A stretch of 64,000 bases of DNA. It comes from Podarcis pityusensis (taxonomy: Eukaryota). Below, one piece after another: positions 24,689-37,746 of this stretch; the first letter of the stretch is position 1; each line of letters begins with the position of its first letter. A program made the position numbers and the translations under genes. The stretch is from assembly GCA_964106645.2 (NCBI GenBank), contig OZ067046.1. One strand, written 5' to 3'. The notes beneath the pieces are model-generated. The model did not search any database and was not told the origin of the DNA. It was given only the letters and a program-made list of their open reading frames with translations.

Positions 24689-25573
24689 TGGCGCTGTGGG
24701 TTAAACCACAGAGCCTAGGACTTGCCGATCAGAAGTCCGGCGGTTCAAATCCCCGCAACGGGGTGAGCTCCCGTTACTCGGTCCCTGCTCCTGCCAACCT
24801 AGCAGTTCGAAAGCACGTCAAAGTGCAAGTAGATAAATAGGTACCGCTCTGGTGGGAAGGTAAATGGCGTTTCCGTGCGCTACTCTGGTTCGCCAGAAGC
24901 GACTTAGTCATGCTGGCCATATGACCCGGAAGCTGTATGCCGACTCCCTTGGCCAATAAAGCAAGATGAGCACCGCAACCCCAGAGTTGGCCACTGAGGA
25001 GATTTCACCCCTCCCATATCCAAGAATCTCCTGAGGAGTCTGCTGATTCTCCAGAGAGGAGGAGGCGTGTTCTGCTCTCTACTTATTCTGCTCCAGCATC
25101 AAGTCAGTCAGTCAGTAAGTGTCGGAGACAGAGAGAGAGACTGAGTGTTAGAGATCGTGTGTAGAGATAAGGTTGCTGCTAAGAGCAGCTGCAGACACTC
25201 AGTGCAGTGTAGCATTCATTTATGCTACCTATTAAGCTCTGTATATAGTTTGTATAGTTGTAGATAGAATAAAAGAAGATATTCTACAGAGCTGCTCTCC
25301 GAGTTGTTTATATACTCTGCTAGACTCTGCTGTACTCTGCTGTGCGACGACTGTCTTCTTGTTGGAGTGAATCCGGTGCTCACAACTCTAAGCTGTGAGT
25401 CCACAGCACTTTGACCTGTTCCTGTGCAGAAGGTGGTCTCTGGAAGTGCTACCCAGCTTGCCTAGCCCAGTCGGGGCTGAAGTGGATGAGTCCAATTGGT
25501 GGCACTGGCTCAAGGGCGATGCTGACAGCCACGACTGGACCTAATGGTCAGGGGTCCCTTTACCTTTACCTTT
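24689..25573 (+). mobile_element. Sauria SINE (Squam1), split by an LTR at 24995-25527
   Basis: Body tggcgctgtgggttaaaccacagagcctagg..gcaaccccagagttggccac resumes as gactggacctaatggtcaggggtccctttacctttacc; it aligns to the copies at 28.9 and 57.8 kb. Confidence 0.95.
24995..25527 (+). mobile_element. Solo LTR (533 bp; Gypsy- or ERV-type, family undetermined)
   Basis: Begins TG and ends CA; exact 5-bp TSD gccac (24990-24994, 25528-25532); internal aataaa at about 25268; no coding region. Confidence 0.85.
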
Positions 25574-26039
25574 ATGTGGAGGCATTGGCTGGCTTCATGG
25601 TTTTTTCCTGCATCGTGATTTTTGCCAACGCCTGCTCTTGTAATTCGCTGCCCCCCTGCAAGGGGCAGAGAGCTGCAACAACAGAGTTAACAGGGGCTGC
25701 AGGAATCAAGAGAAGCATTGACTGGCTTGACATTGTGATTTTTACATAGCGCACACACACATATAATGATTCATAAAATATTGCCAGGTCCAAAATTATG
25801 AAACTGATATCACAATATGGACTTCAAAACCAGTTTTGGACGATAGCGACGTATCTCCCAGCACTAATCAGCATAAGGGTGCCACCCACACTCTTGGTCT
25901 GAGACCCAACCCAAGCCCATTTGCTGTGGTTTGGGTGAGCTATGCACAGGGCAGTCATTCAGGGTAGGATCCGGGGGGCCCACTTGGAAGAATGACCAGG
26001 AGCACCCACCCCAATGCAGAAGGGCAGATTTACCGGTAA

Positions 26040-26720
26040 CACATTCTGAAGTGGCCAACCAGGTGCATATGGGACTTGGCACAAGCAGGACCTGAGCACA
26101 GCAGCTCTTTTCCCACCTGTGATTCCTGGCAATTGGCATTCGGGAACATAGCCATCATGGCTAGTAGCAAGAGAGATGATGCACATATCCATCTAAAGAG
26201 GTGGAGGCCCCAAAACATTATTAAGTCCAACGTAGCCTAACCACACCACTGCCTACGCAAAAGACTTTCGCAATGACCAGGTGGGAGGTAGGGCCCACAC
26301 CTTGCTCAAGATCAAAAGAAGAGTCAAACCAACCTGGTTGCCAGTGCAATCATACCTCGGCGAACCAGGGCTTGCCCATACCTGTCTCCTCCTGCTTCAA
26401 AGCCACCCAAGTTGGTGGCCATCACTGATGCAAAACTCAGAGCAACTATATGCTACATGAAGAAGTACTGTACTTTCTTTTGGTCTGTCCTGAATCTTTC
26501 AACATTCATCTTCCTTGGAGGTCCATGAGTTCTAGTGTCGTGACAGAGGGAGAAAATTCTCTATCCACTTTCTCCACACCGCGCCTAATTTTATACACCT
26601 CTGTCTTGTCTTCTCTTCCTTGCCTTTCCCCTAAACTATAAAAGCCCCAAACATTGCAGTACTTCCTCAAAGAGGTGTTGCTCCATCTCCTTGATCATCA
26701 TCATCGCCCTTTGCTAGAGA
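26040..26720 (-). mobile_element. CR1 fragments (degraded)
   Basis: gtggccaaccaggtgc..atagccatcatggctagtagc and gaagaagtactgtactttc..gagttctagtgtcgtgacagagggagaaaa are reverse complements of the CR1 at 18.5-18.9 kb. Confidence 0.7.
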
Positions 26721-28909
26721 ACTGACTCTTACCTGATAATTCTACTAGAGCAGAGTGATCCAAACTGTGTGTTGCGACTGCAGACTGTGCTGGCTGCAGT
26801 GTGTAGATGTGTCATGCAAGTGCTCCTCCCGGGGCTGGAAAGAGGTTAGTTTAACCTCCAGTTTGCTAGGAAAACTGAATTACTGTGTTGTGAAATGATG
26901 CATGTCTTTAAAAGTGTGTCAAATGAAAAGTTTGCAAAGCTCTGTACCAAAGGATTGACTCTTAAATAATGAATTCCTTTATCACTGTTTATCAGCGAAC
27001 TGACTATCATCAATTCACCATTTGTCCCTCCTGCCACGATATCAAACAATATGCTTTCTTAAGGGTTTTTGTTTTGTTTTGGATCTTTCTGTTTACATAA
27101 GAGCATTACATGTTGGAGTACCTTATGACTTCTGTTCATGGGTTTACGTCATAGTCTCGGCTCCAGTTGTAATAAAAATTGAACACAAAGAATGTATTAT
27201 GTATCCATGACATGTTATGTACACATGAAATGTTATGTACATGTTATATATACATTTATAAATACTTTCACTGTAGATTCATGGATAGAATTAAGTGAAA
27301 TGACTGGCTTGCTTCCATACCTTTAGGGGCCCCCAATGACTCTCTTGCCCAGGGCCCCCCAAAACTCTAGGCTAGGGCCACTCCTGGCTCTAGATGATTA
27401 CGACTACAACTCCTGTCAGATGCAGCCAATGCTGGTTGACAAAGATTGCCCCAAGGTGATGTTTGCTGTAGCTCAGGTTCATCCTCTTTGCATTCCAATA
27501 TTTATGTGCATTTAAAAGATATAACTGGAGACAAGTGCAGAGCCCTGATCTTTCAGGAATGTGGTGTTACACCTTCTCAGAGAAGCAAGAAGAACCAAGC
27601 CTATTTTGTGTAAATATATGCCAAATGACTAAGTCTCCAGGGCTTAACTCAGACCTGAGAATGCAGAATCACTTCTAGAAGAATTTAGAGTGATTTCTGG
27701 TTGGATCTGTTTCAGAATGACAATTCATTTGGCAGCAAGTTAAACAGACAAAAAACACCTGCACAAATTACTACCTGTCTGCATTATGTCCCAGTTAAAT
27801 ATGACAGGGAGTGGCAAATGAAAGCAATTTTCATCTCGCCCCACCCAAAATGCTAAAGAAATCAAATCAAATCCTTCAACAAACCTCACCTGCTTCTTTC
27901 CAGGCATCAAGCGATCACAAAAATTTAAACTCGGATGCATCCTCCAAAATAAATTAGACTTTGACTTCAGAGAGTTTCCCCATGAACTACAAACTGAAGG
28001 ACAGGCACCAAAACTGCACCACTAGGTACCTTTCATGTCTGAGAATGGCACGTAGGTCGATGGACAAGTCTGAGGATATCTCAGGTCTGACTACTGCATC
28101 ATAACAGATGTGAGAAGAACTGACAAACCACTTTGGACTCCACAACAGAGTTCTAACAAATGCAAGGACCAATCCCATTGCCAGTACCAATGACAACAAA
28201 TGAGTTGCCGCGCTGGTAGAACAGGAAGAAATAATGTGATGACTGCAACAGTGCAAAGCTTATCTACGCAGGAACTATTTTTCTGCAGCTACCCATTGGC
28301 TAAGAGAGATGTGCAAATATTTCAAGCTGGTAGTCCAAATTAATAACAGGACACAGGAGCAGGCAGAGTCTTAGATATGTTGCTGAACACAAGTGTGCTC
28401 ATTTTCTTTCATTAAATGTCAGGCATGTGGGGGGTCCTTCCATAAATCTGGAACAGAAGGCTAAAAATTTAACTTAGTAATTAGAATACGCTACAGCAAA
28501 TGATCTTCCAGTACAGTTCTTAGGACTCCTCAGCAGCTCATCAGGCATTCTTAAAAAAGATCAGGCAAATGACCTTGAAAAAAATAAATTGTCTACTATT
28601 ACCAATTATCTCCTGCAGGAGAACACTCAGCATCAGAACTTGGCATTACACAATGATTGTTACTAGATTCAGGCCAGGAGAAACAACATGAATTCTTCAT
28701 ACAATGGATTCTTCCCTACCACAAGATTGGCAGGAGGTAACAGCGAATAGATGGATCTTTGCTCCTCTTACGAACAAAGAGAGTTGTCTCTGACCATTTG
28801 TTCATCTAGCTCAGTACTGCACAGTCTAAAGGTTGGTAGAGGCTCTACAGAGTTCCAGACAGAGGTCTCTCCCAGTCCTACCTAGAGATGCCAGTGGGAA
28901 GGATACTGA

Positions 28910-29163
28910 GCAGTCCCTGCTCCTGCCAACCTAGCAGTTCGAAAGCACATCAAAGTTCAAGTAGATAAATAGGTACCGCTCCGGCAGGAAGGTAAACGGC
29001 ATTTCCGTGCACTGCTCCGGTTCGCCAGAAGCGGCTTAGTCATGCTGGCCACACGACCCGGAAGCTGTACGCCGGCTCCCTCGGCCAATAAAGCGAGATG
29101 AGCGCCGCAACCCCAGAGTCATCCGCGACTGGACCTAATGGTAAGGGGTCCCTTTACCTTTAC
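28910..29163 (+). mobile_element. Sauria SINE, 5'-truncated
   Basis: gtccctgctcctgccaacctagcagttcgaaagc...ggggtccctttaccttta. It abuts a minus-strand tRNA(Ala)-SINE remnant at about 28790-28895. Confidence 0.92.
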
Positions 29164-30269
29164 ATACAGGATATGCCACCTTAAAATCCAAATTTTGTCC
29201 TTAAACTTCACAGGCACGAAATCAATCAGACTACACTAGAGTCCCAAGCACATTTAGGTGGAAGTAAATCTTGCTGGTTTCTATGGAGCTTATTTCTAAA
29301 TGAGTGAATGTGCCAACTGATGTAATTGCTCAAGCTTCACTGGCTTCTGAATTGGCCGTACGCTAAAAAAAATGACCATCCTTATTTGTTTGGAGATATT
29401 TGTCTATCATCTTATCTCCACACTTAAAAGCAGTCAAAAGTATTAAGGCACTTCTCTTATTTATACTTAAATGAGTACACATTTTTTCTTGGCCTCATTA
29501 CCAAACTTGCTACCCCAGCAGTCAATAACATTTCCAGTTTTAGATGTAGTCCTGTGGTTATAAAGTTTTCTGTTTTATTAGAACACACACATACCACTGT
29601 AGGATTATCCTTTAATTTCCTCATATCTTTCTCTGATGACTTAGAACTTCTTGGAAAAGCTGTATCCTTTCAGTTTGCCAAGTTGTGCAAGATGCAAAAC
29701 AAAAGCTGTTTGGGGAAAAAATGCTATTTTGCAATGGTATCGTTCATTTTTGGGACTGTCTGGTGCTGAAGAGAATAGTCACTTAGCAGCTCAGTTCGAA
29801 TCTAGCATCATACCATAGCTTGAGCTAATAGAATAAGACTTGTCCTCCTATGCTCTTTATTCCACCCACCTCAGGCCACACACCACTTCAGTTTGTTACT
29901 TCCATTGTAATGAAAGCCATGGCTTGTCATTACATACAAATCAGTTAACCACAGGTTGCTATATTTTTGCCTTCAAACATTTTGAAGCTGGAAGGCAATC
30001 CTGGCTTAGACAGCCAGTATAAACCATACTTTGCTGGTTTTTGGTGCAACGGCAAACTGTGGTTTGCGCTAAAGCAGAGGAAACTAATTTCTCCCTTGGA
30101 TTCCTGCAATATATTGCACTTTGGTCTGTTTCTGAAAACTTCAGCAATTTAGCAATAAAATCATAATCAGTAAAACATATGTACATACAGTTTCTAAGCC
30201 AATTCAGGTAACTCTCAATTCAGATAACTGAGATAAAGACCTCCATTTTAAAGGTTTGTTGAAAGAGGA

Positions 30270-30398
30270 AGGTAGAGCATGAGACTCTTAATCTCAGTCA
30301 TGGATTCAAGCCCCACACTGGGCAAAAGATTCCTGCATTGCACAGGGTTGAACTAGATGACCCTCGTGGTGCCTTCCCATTCTACAATTTTGTGATTT
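30270..30398 (+). mobile_element. tRNA(Lys)-headed, CR1-tailed short SINE
   Basis: ggtagagcatgagactcttaatctcag (tRNA-Lys-like) followed by ggcaaaagattcctgcattgc..ctagatgaccc..ttctacaatt. Confidence 0.8.
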
Positions 30399-30695
30399 AA
30401 AGTGCTAGAGTGATACCACTTTGAACAGCCATGGCTTCCTCACAAAGAAGCCTGGGAGGTGTAGTTTGTTAAGGGTGCTGAGAGAGGTTAGGAGACCCCT
30501 ATTCCCATCACAGAGCTTCATGGGAAGACAAATTGATTGCTAATCCACTCTGGGAATTGTAGCTCTGGGAGAGGAATAGGGGTGTCCAAACAACTCTCAG
30601 CGCCCTTAGCAAACTACAGCCCTCATAATTATTTGGAAGCCATGGCTGTTTAAAGTGGTATTGCAGTGTTTTAAATGTATGGTGTGAATGTGGCT
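30395..30695. mobile_element. Palindromic MITE-like element
   Basis: Arms pair: ataccactttgaacagccatggcttcc with ggaagccatggctgtttaaagtggtat, and tgtagtttgttaagggtgctgagag with ctctcagcgcccttagcaaactaca. Confidence 0.75.
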
Positions 30696-31362
30696 TTGGT
30701 ATCTTGCCGGTGACGCAGCTCAGTACTTATAAAAACACATGCATTTACAATTACAACTGCATCTTAAAAAAATAATAATACTGTGAATTCTACTTATGAT
30801 CTCTGTTTTCTCCAGGGCATGAATGCTGAATCTCTTTCCATACTCACAGTCAGAAAATAAATTGCAAAAAAAGAAAAAGAAAACTGTTCTGGGTTTCAGA
30901 GAGTTCTTAATTGGTGCGGGATGGTTGCAGACACGAGCCTACAGTACGGTGGTGTCAACTCCTATCTTCCATGCTGCCCATCTGCCACTTGCTGTATTGA
31001 GACGGGTGTGTGCGTGTGCGTTGAGTAGACTTGGAAGCCAGCCACTGAAATTCTGGAAGCAAAACAGGCCTGGCTGCAAGCGGAGCTGTGCCAGGGACAC
31101 ATACCAGCCCTTCCAGAAAAATGCAGGAGCAAACTTAAAACCTTTCCTTCCTCCAGCTAAACAAGCAACCTGCACTCTAAAGTCCCCCAATTCAGAGCTT
31201 CCTTTCTCTGTCTTTTGTACAGGAGTTTGCCTAGGCCAGCTGCTTCTCACATTATTCACACCAGCAAAGAGAACTGCATATGATTTTATGTAAACTGTGT
31301 TACTTTTATTGTTGTTAGCCACTCTGAGCCCGGCTTCAGCTGGGGAAGGCAGGTTAGAAATA

Positions 31363-31365
<3 letters not shown>

Positions 31366-31426
<61 letters not shown>
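31366..31426. repeat. (ATT)n microsatellite at the tail of a short L2-like 3' remnant (~31290-31365)
   Basis: Directly visible. Confidence 0.9.
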
Positions 31427-31892
31427 GCCTCCATACACAATTTACTAGCCTTGCAAACAAATCCATAAAAGCTAACAACTTCACAAAAATGCATTAATAT
31501 TCACTTGCTGTGTTAGTCATTTGCGGCGCTCTGGTGCCCTGCAAGAGGGAAGGAGAAGACAAACTCTCTTCCAGTTTACAAAACATTTTTTCTGCCTGGT
31601 CATCTGGGAGTGGAAGGAGAGTTATGACACAGTGAGTGGATCTTTAACAGCCTGTCTTACCGTGGGAAAGTGCTTCTGCTAGTGCAAAGCCACCATTGGA
31701 TAGAACCCTCTGTTCACAGGTAGTTTTGTTCAATCTGCACCCTTGCAAATTTTCCATTTTCAAAATAGCAAATGAAGGAAAGCAGGAGGGCACTGAAGAC
31801 TTAACTGAATGCACAGAGCTGACAGGGAATCAAACATGTAGGTAAAGAACCTGAGAATTCCCCAGTCCAATGCATACTGGCGATGTTATTAT

Positions 31893-31945
31893 GAAAATAG
31901 CTGTGTATATTCCACCCAAGAAAATAGCTGTGTATATTCCACCCA
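31893..31945. repeat. Perfect 26-bp tandem duplication (period 27)
   Basis: gaaaatagctgtgtatattccaccca at 31893-31918 and 31920-31945. Confidence 0.95.
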
Positions 31946-33384
31946 CTCATATTTGCCATAGTTCAGCTGCTTTTTTACAAGTAAGTTTCTAGCCAGTATG
32001 GATACAAAAAATAAACTTTATGGTACAGGCAGCACGACCACCAATGCGTGGGTCCTTTTGGACCTGGAAGACGGCAGAACAGGGGTTGGAATGGGGTGGG
32101 GTGGGTTTTTGCATGCATACAGGGGCCAAGAACACAATCCTCATGCAAAATGGTCACCACTTGTATATGAACATGCAATATCTGGTGGGGGGGGAAGTGA
32201 GAAGGATTTCCAATCATTGGAGGTGGAACTTGGCAGGCCTGCATTCTTTGTCAATGCCACCATTCCCCTGGTATGGAGTTAAAGGCATCACACAGAATAT
32301 TCCAAGGTAGTCTCCTATCCAAGTGCTGACCAGACCCAAACCTTTCAGAAGGCTGCTAAATCATGTGCTTAATTGCTCCATATTCCTCACTTCTGAGTAA
32401 CAGCAACAGACCTAAATTATTCTGGTTTAATAATTTTACCTGTATTTGTTTAATCCGCATTATATTATGCAGGGCACAGAATCCTGATTTTTCTTGACAC
32501 AGAGAACTGAGTTTGTTTGTCTGAAGCCAAGAGCAGCACACATCTCAGAGCAGGCCCAAATGGCAGACAGAAAACTATTGAAAGATCTGTTTAGAGTTGC
32601 ATCTTAAGGAGAGATTACATTAGGGAGGCATGACAGATGTTTTCAAATATGTATCAGGCTGTGATAAGTAGGAAGGTAACCAGTTGCTCGGTATTGCTAC
32701 TGAGGATAGGAAAAGCAGTAATGAGCTTAAACGGCAGGGGGGAAAAGATTCAGATTAAATAATATCAGGGGGAAAAGTTCTACCCATAAGAACAGGCTGC
32801 AAATTGAAAAATACTATCGGGAAAGGTTCCGGGACCTCAGACACAGCAAGTTTTTAAAATTAGTTTGGATACATATCTGTCAGAAAGAATTTAGGTTTAA
32901 TTAATCTTGCTCCTGTGCATGGGAGGTGGGGTGAATTTCTCCCTTAGTTCCCTCCAACTCTGCAATCATAAAACAGCAAAATATAAGATCATAGGGGATG
33001 CAAAACTCAATCCTGCAAAATTATATCTGCATGGTTAAGTGCTATGCTGGCAAGAAAAGCTAAGTACTCATTTGCCTGTCAGGATGCCAAATGCTTTAAC
33101 AGGGTGGTTACTTTTTCTAGACTTCTTATGTTCAGGGAACTCTTTCCACATCAGGTGGTCTGCCAGCAAATTCCCAGACATCTGCAACAGAACACTTGCA
33201 TGTAACAGAGGATCCTGGGGCTTGATTCAGGGCTATTTCTTGGTTCATGTAGACCCTAGGAGGAATAAAAGAGTAGCACAAGGCTGCTTACAAAGGGATT
33301 TCTGTGCTGTTGCTTTAAACCTCCGAAAACCAAAGGTTCAAAATGCTGTGCAGGGCTTTCTGAAAGCCCTTTGGAGACCATAGG

Positions 33385-33645
33385 TTTAAGAAGAAGAAGA
33401 GGAGAAGAAGAGTTTGGATTTGATATCCCGCTTTATCACTACCTGAAGGAGTCTCAAAGCGGCTAACAATCTCCTTTCCCTTCCTCCCCCACAACAAACA
33501 CTCTGTGAGGTGAATGGGGCTGAGAGACTTCAGAGAAGTGTGACTAGCCCAAGGTCACGCAGCAGCTGCATGTGGAGGAGCGGAGACGTGAACCCAGTTC
33601 ACCAGATTACGAGTCTACTGCTCTTAACCACTACACCACACTGGC
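33385..33645 (-). mobile_element. CORE/MIR-like squamate SINE (Squam3-like)
   Basis: Reverse complement of the 10580-10820 copy, with a (ctt)n tail. Confidence 0.85.
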
Positions 33646-35717
33646 AGCAGGAGCAGCACTGGCAGGGAGAAGCAGCCTCCATTGCATGGCTGCTGCTTCC
33701 TCCTCGTCAACCAAGGAGCATTTTCAATGGGCAGGTGGGAGTGCACCTTGTTCTGGCAAAGGAACCATTGGGAGCCTACTTTAAGTTCTCAATTGTTTCT
33801 TTGAAGCCCTTCCTTTGCACATGAGGTCAGGTGTAGGTTGGGTGGGCCTGGGCTTCCCAAAATGGCCTGGCGGACCAAAAGGAGTTGTTTAGTGGGCCAC
33901 AATTGCCCCACAGGCCTAAGGTTCCATACCTCTGTCTTAGAGCACTGGTCAGGACGCTCCCCAAGCCACATGCATCCTACTGATTCTCTTTTGCACCCTC
34001 CTTGAGTATTACTGACTGGCTGAAAAGCATCCCTGAACTCTGATCATGCCTCTTGCTTCCCTGGATGGAGACAGATGTGCAAGTGTGTAGAAACTAGCCG
34101 ACTGTACAAACACACAATTTACATGAATGGCCCCACCCACCCCTGGCAAGTGGTCCCCAGTAAGAAATGAAGCCTTTGGGCTGGAAAAAAAATGTTTTCC
34201 GCCCCTACGCCAGACAGTTTTGTCTTTCTTGGATGTGACAATAAGCTATGATTAATGTTCAACCCCACACCACCGTCCCCAAAAGCAAACTTCCTATGTC
34301 CTCCTTGGGACAATAGTGAAGGGGGAGAAAGAAGAGAGCAGCATACAAGCCCAATGCTTTTGCAGGCTCAATCACGTAACACTAAACTATGGTCCAGTGC
34401 TACATCCGAACCAGGATTGCATGCCTATGGAAACATAATGGCATCCCACTGCCAAAATTCAGTGCACGTTAGTTATCTTTTGAGGTCTGCTTCAGCTGGA
34501 TTATATAGCAAGCCAGCTGCACAGGTACTGCTGGCAGGCATGCTGCAGTATTAGATACAAATTCACTACGTTTCAGAAACTTGTACACACACTGATAAAG
34601 CAGCTACTTGACATTTCAAGTTGATGCCAGGCAAATATTGCCTCCAGCTCCTGCAGCAGGGCAGACACAATGTGCCATTGAAAAGGTTCTCCCTGTGCCA
34701 ATGCACCAAACATCTTTGAACATCTTATGCTTCTGGACCAGCATGCATTCTTGTATGTGCACAGCACACCCTTATCTAAAGCCTTCATATTGTCTCCCAT
34801 GACTCGAAGATGAATTACCTCAATCGGTGTTCTTATCGCGTGGAACACTGAGCACACACACATACGCACGCAAATGGTATGACAGCGATTAGAAATAACA
34901 CAATTCTGGACTCTGAACCGGACTGGCAGGCTGCTTCCATTGTTTCCCCGAGACACAACAGTCTGTTCATCATCCCAGACTCTTTCACTGCCTCGTTCCA
35001 AAAAAAGGGAGAAAGAAACGATTTTCCTCTTCTTCTTTTGGCAATCATTAACCTATGGTGGAGTCAGTAACAAATGGCTTGCAAAGGGACGACGATTGAT
35101 TCTGCTTTTAACAGGTGGCTGCATAATGCAGAATGATTAATAGAGGGGGAGATTCCAAGGCTGAAACCTCTCCTTTGCTGAAGTCAACAGAAGCATTCCC
35201 ATTGACTGGAAGCAACTGAACAAGTGTCACAGCCAGCACATTCCTGTCAGACCATTGGTCCATCTTCAGAGCTCATTATCATAGCAACATCTCTCCAAGG
35301 TTTCAGGAAAGAGACATCCCCACCCATAAGGACTGGGCCTGGGACCTTCTGTGTGGAAAGCATTTATTCCAATACTGAGCTACAGTCTAAAAACGAGGGA
35401 GAATTTTTAAGCCCCAAAATGCCTCTTCCACTTCAATTCTACACCCCTTAAATGTGCCAGAGGGGTGACAATGAAGATTTGTGCTTATTTCTTCAAGTTC
35501 TACCTAGGCTCAGGATCTGGAGACAGGCAAGAGAACAAAAAGTGGTTTGATATGAGGCATCACTGACCCACAATGTGCACTATCATTTCTTTTGGCCCAC
35601 GCTTGCATGTGATTAACAGGTTTCACAGGTTTTCAAAGCACATCAAAACTACCACTGTGCTTTCCTACTCATGAATTGGTCTCACCAACACCAGGAGCTT
35701 CAACCGGACTTAGAAAG

Positions 35718-35908
35718 GATGTAGCTCACTGGCAGAGTACCTGCTTTGCATGCACGCAAAAGGTCCCAGGTTCAACCCCCTGCATCTCCAGGTAGAGCTT
35801 GGGATGTGCCCTGCCTGAAACCCTGGAGAGTTGCTGCCAATCCGTGCAGGCAATACTGAGCTAGATAAACCAACATCCTGATACAATACAGTTTCCTAAA
35901 TTCCTATG
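35718..35908 (+). mobile_element. tRNA(Ala)-headed, CR1-tailed SINE
   Basis: tgtagctcactggcagagtacctgctttgcatgc..aaggtcccaggttcaacccc..tgaaaccctggagag..caatactgagctagat. Confidence 0.8.
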
Positions 35909-37109
35909 CCCTTAACTTCTTCCCCGAATGATTTTGCAAATGTGCGCTTGATGGAGGACTCTTGGATTTTAATTCACCTGCATTTAGTCATTGTCTCCAT
36001 CTTAAGGTGCTCCAACGTCTAGAGCAAGGTTAAAAAATAAAGAAGTCCCGATATTTACAGACAAATCATTGATGGGTGATTGTGTGCGTTGAACTCCATT
36101 TATTCTCACAATTCTTACACAGCAGCTTATTCAGTTTTCCTCCATCTAAATTAATTTTTGCTATGGAAAGAAAAACCCCCGCATAATGCAGACAGGGAGA
36201 TTTTAATGTAGATATTTTTGCAATTTCTCCCTTGCTTTTCCCCCCAGGATGTCCTCTTTGCGCATGCTGTGGTGCTTCCTCTATCTCAGCCTACAAGTCT
36301 TTCTTTCTCATACCCAATCCTCAGGCTTTATTATGAACTGACTATCATGTGTAGGACAGATGACGGCTCTGATAAAAGCAATAGCCTCCTACATAAAGCA
36401 CAAGTATTTTGTTACAATCCAAAAGGGAAATCTTGCTAGGCTTGCCACTCATACGGAGCATGCGGGCTTGCCGTATCTGAGTGATACACTCTGACATGTA
36501 GTACGACAGGCAGGCGAGAAGCAATACATATGCATGGCCCCAAATTTAACTAGTGAATAGCTAAGCTGTTATTTATTCAATTGTGTGTATAATATACATC
36601 TATAGCTTCCATTACCCCAGCGTTACAGGCCCTCGCTGATGTATATGGATGAAACCGGCCGACTGCAAACCCAGCGCTGTGCATGCGACTTCTAGCTGCT
36701 TATGCATGCTGCATTTCACACGTCATGTCACGAAGTCAGGGAAGCCAAAGGAAACAGAATTGAGCACATCTCAATGACAATGGCGCACGAAAGGGAGCAT
36801 GAGTTATTGCCGCTGTGGAAAATGGAAAAGCCATCGAGTAACCAGCCAGCCCCGAACTCCAGAGTACCATAAAGTAGCCAGGTACTTCAGTGTGATAGTT
36901 CTGGGGGTTGGCAAGCTGGAGCTGAGGGGTCTAAGTCGTGAAGGTAGCCTGAATGCAGTCCTGACCGTGGTCTACAAGCGACGGTTTTTAGACAAATTTA
37001 GTAGTGCATATCGGGAACAGCTCAGTGGTTCAAACCTTGGAATTTCCAAGTAGGGCTGGGGAAGACTTATACTGGAAACCCTGGAAAAACACTGCCCACC
37101 AGTGGAGAC

Positions 37110-37746
37110 CAGCAGTGGGGAGAAATTCCTACCTTGCCTCCCCATTTGGCTCACAGGTTGTTTCATGCAAGTCATGCCCACCTGCCATACATCATATATG
37201 GCACCTGGTGTGGGGCAGGTAAAGATGCATGCAGCTGGGCCAAAAGAGAGTTTGCAGGCACCGATGATCATCAAAGCTTGCAAAGTTACGTCCACTGGCT
37301 TTTGCAAGGCCCAGGGGCTGTTGGACCTTGCAAAGCACTGTGCTTTAGCTTGCAGATGATGATGATGATAATGATGATTTTATTCTATATACCCCGCTCA
37401 TCTGGCTGGGTTTCTCCAGCAACTCTGGGCAGCTTACAACATATCTAAAAGCATTATAAAAAAACATCAATCCTTAGAAACTTCCCTAAACAGGGCTGCC
37501 TTCAGATGTCTTCTAAAAGTCAGTTAGCTGTTTATTCCCTTGACATCTGAAGGGAGGGCATTCCACAGGGCAGACGCCACTATCGATTACAAAACATGCA
37601 GGCCGAAGCAGGTCATCTGACTTCATTGCGATGTCAGGTGACTGACAGGTGTGTGGCCCCGCCCACTTGTCAAATGTGGACTGCAAGATGAGTAAGGTTA
37701 AGGGTCTGTCTCTGGCCCACCAGTCAGATCAAGAGCCCCACCCCTG
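37110..37746. mobile_element. Degraded hAT-like element inside a tRNA(Ala) SINE; itself contains an L2 3' fragment (~37356-37585, minus strand)
   Basis: Termini cagcagtgggg and ccccacccctg; flanks gtggagac/atatagac; the SINE resumes at agacaatgctgag. The L2 piece is the reverse complement of 2960-3165. Confidence 0.6.

Larger units (their letters stand above)
24583..25866. mobile_element. hAT-type MITE hosting a Sauria SINE and a solo LTR
   Basis: TIRs tagggctgggacatat and gtatctcccagcacta; 8-bp TSD ttcagcat (24575-24582) and atcagcat (25867-25874). Confidence 0.8.

Noticed and set aside
30270-30330. tRNA-like sequences (Lys- and Ala-like; also 20050, 35718, 38955)
   Set aside because: They are degenerate SINE heads fused to LINE-derived tails, with no intact cloverleaf.
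30781-30843. Possible minus-strand mini-exon MERDSAFMPWEKTEIISRIH
   Set aside because: The donor context (CACA|gtatta) is weak and no homology was recognised.
30939-31484. Longest ORF in the track (181 aa)
   Set aside because: It runs through an (AAT)n microsatellite and an L2 tail; no domain is recognisable.
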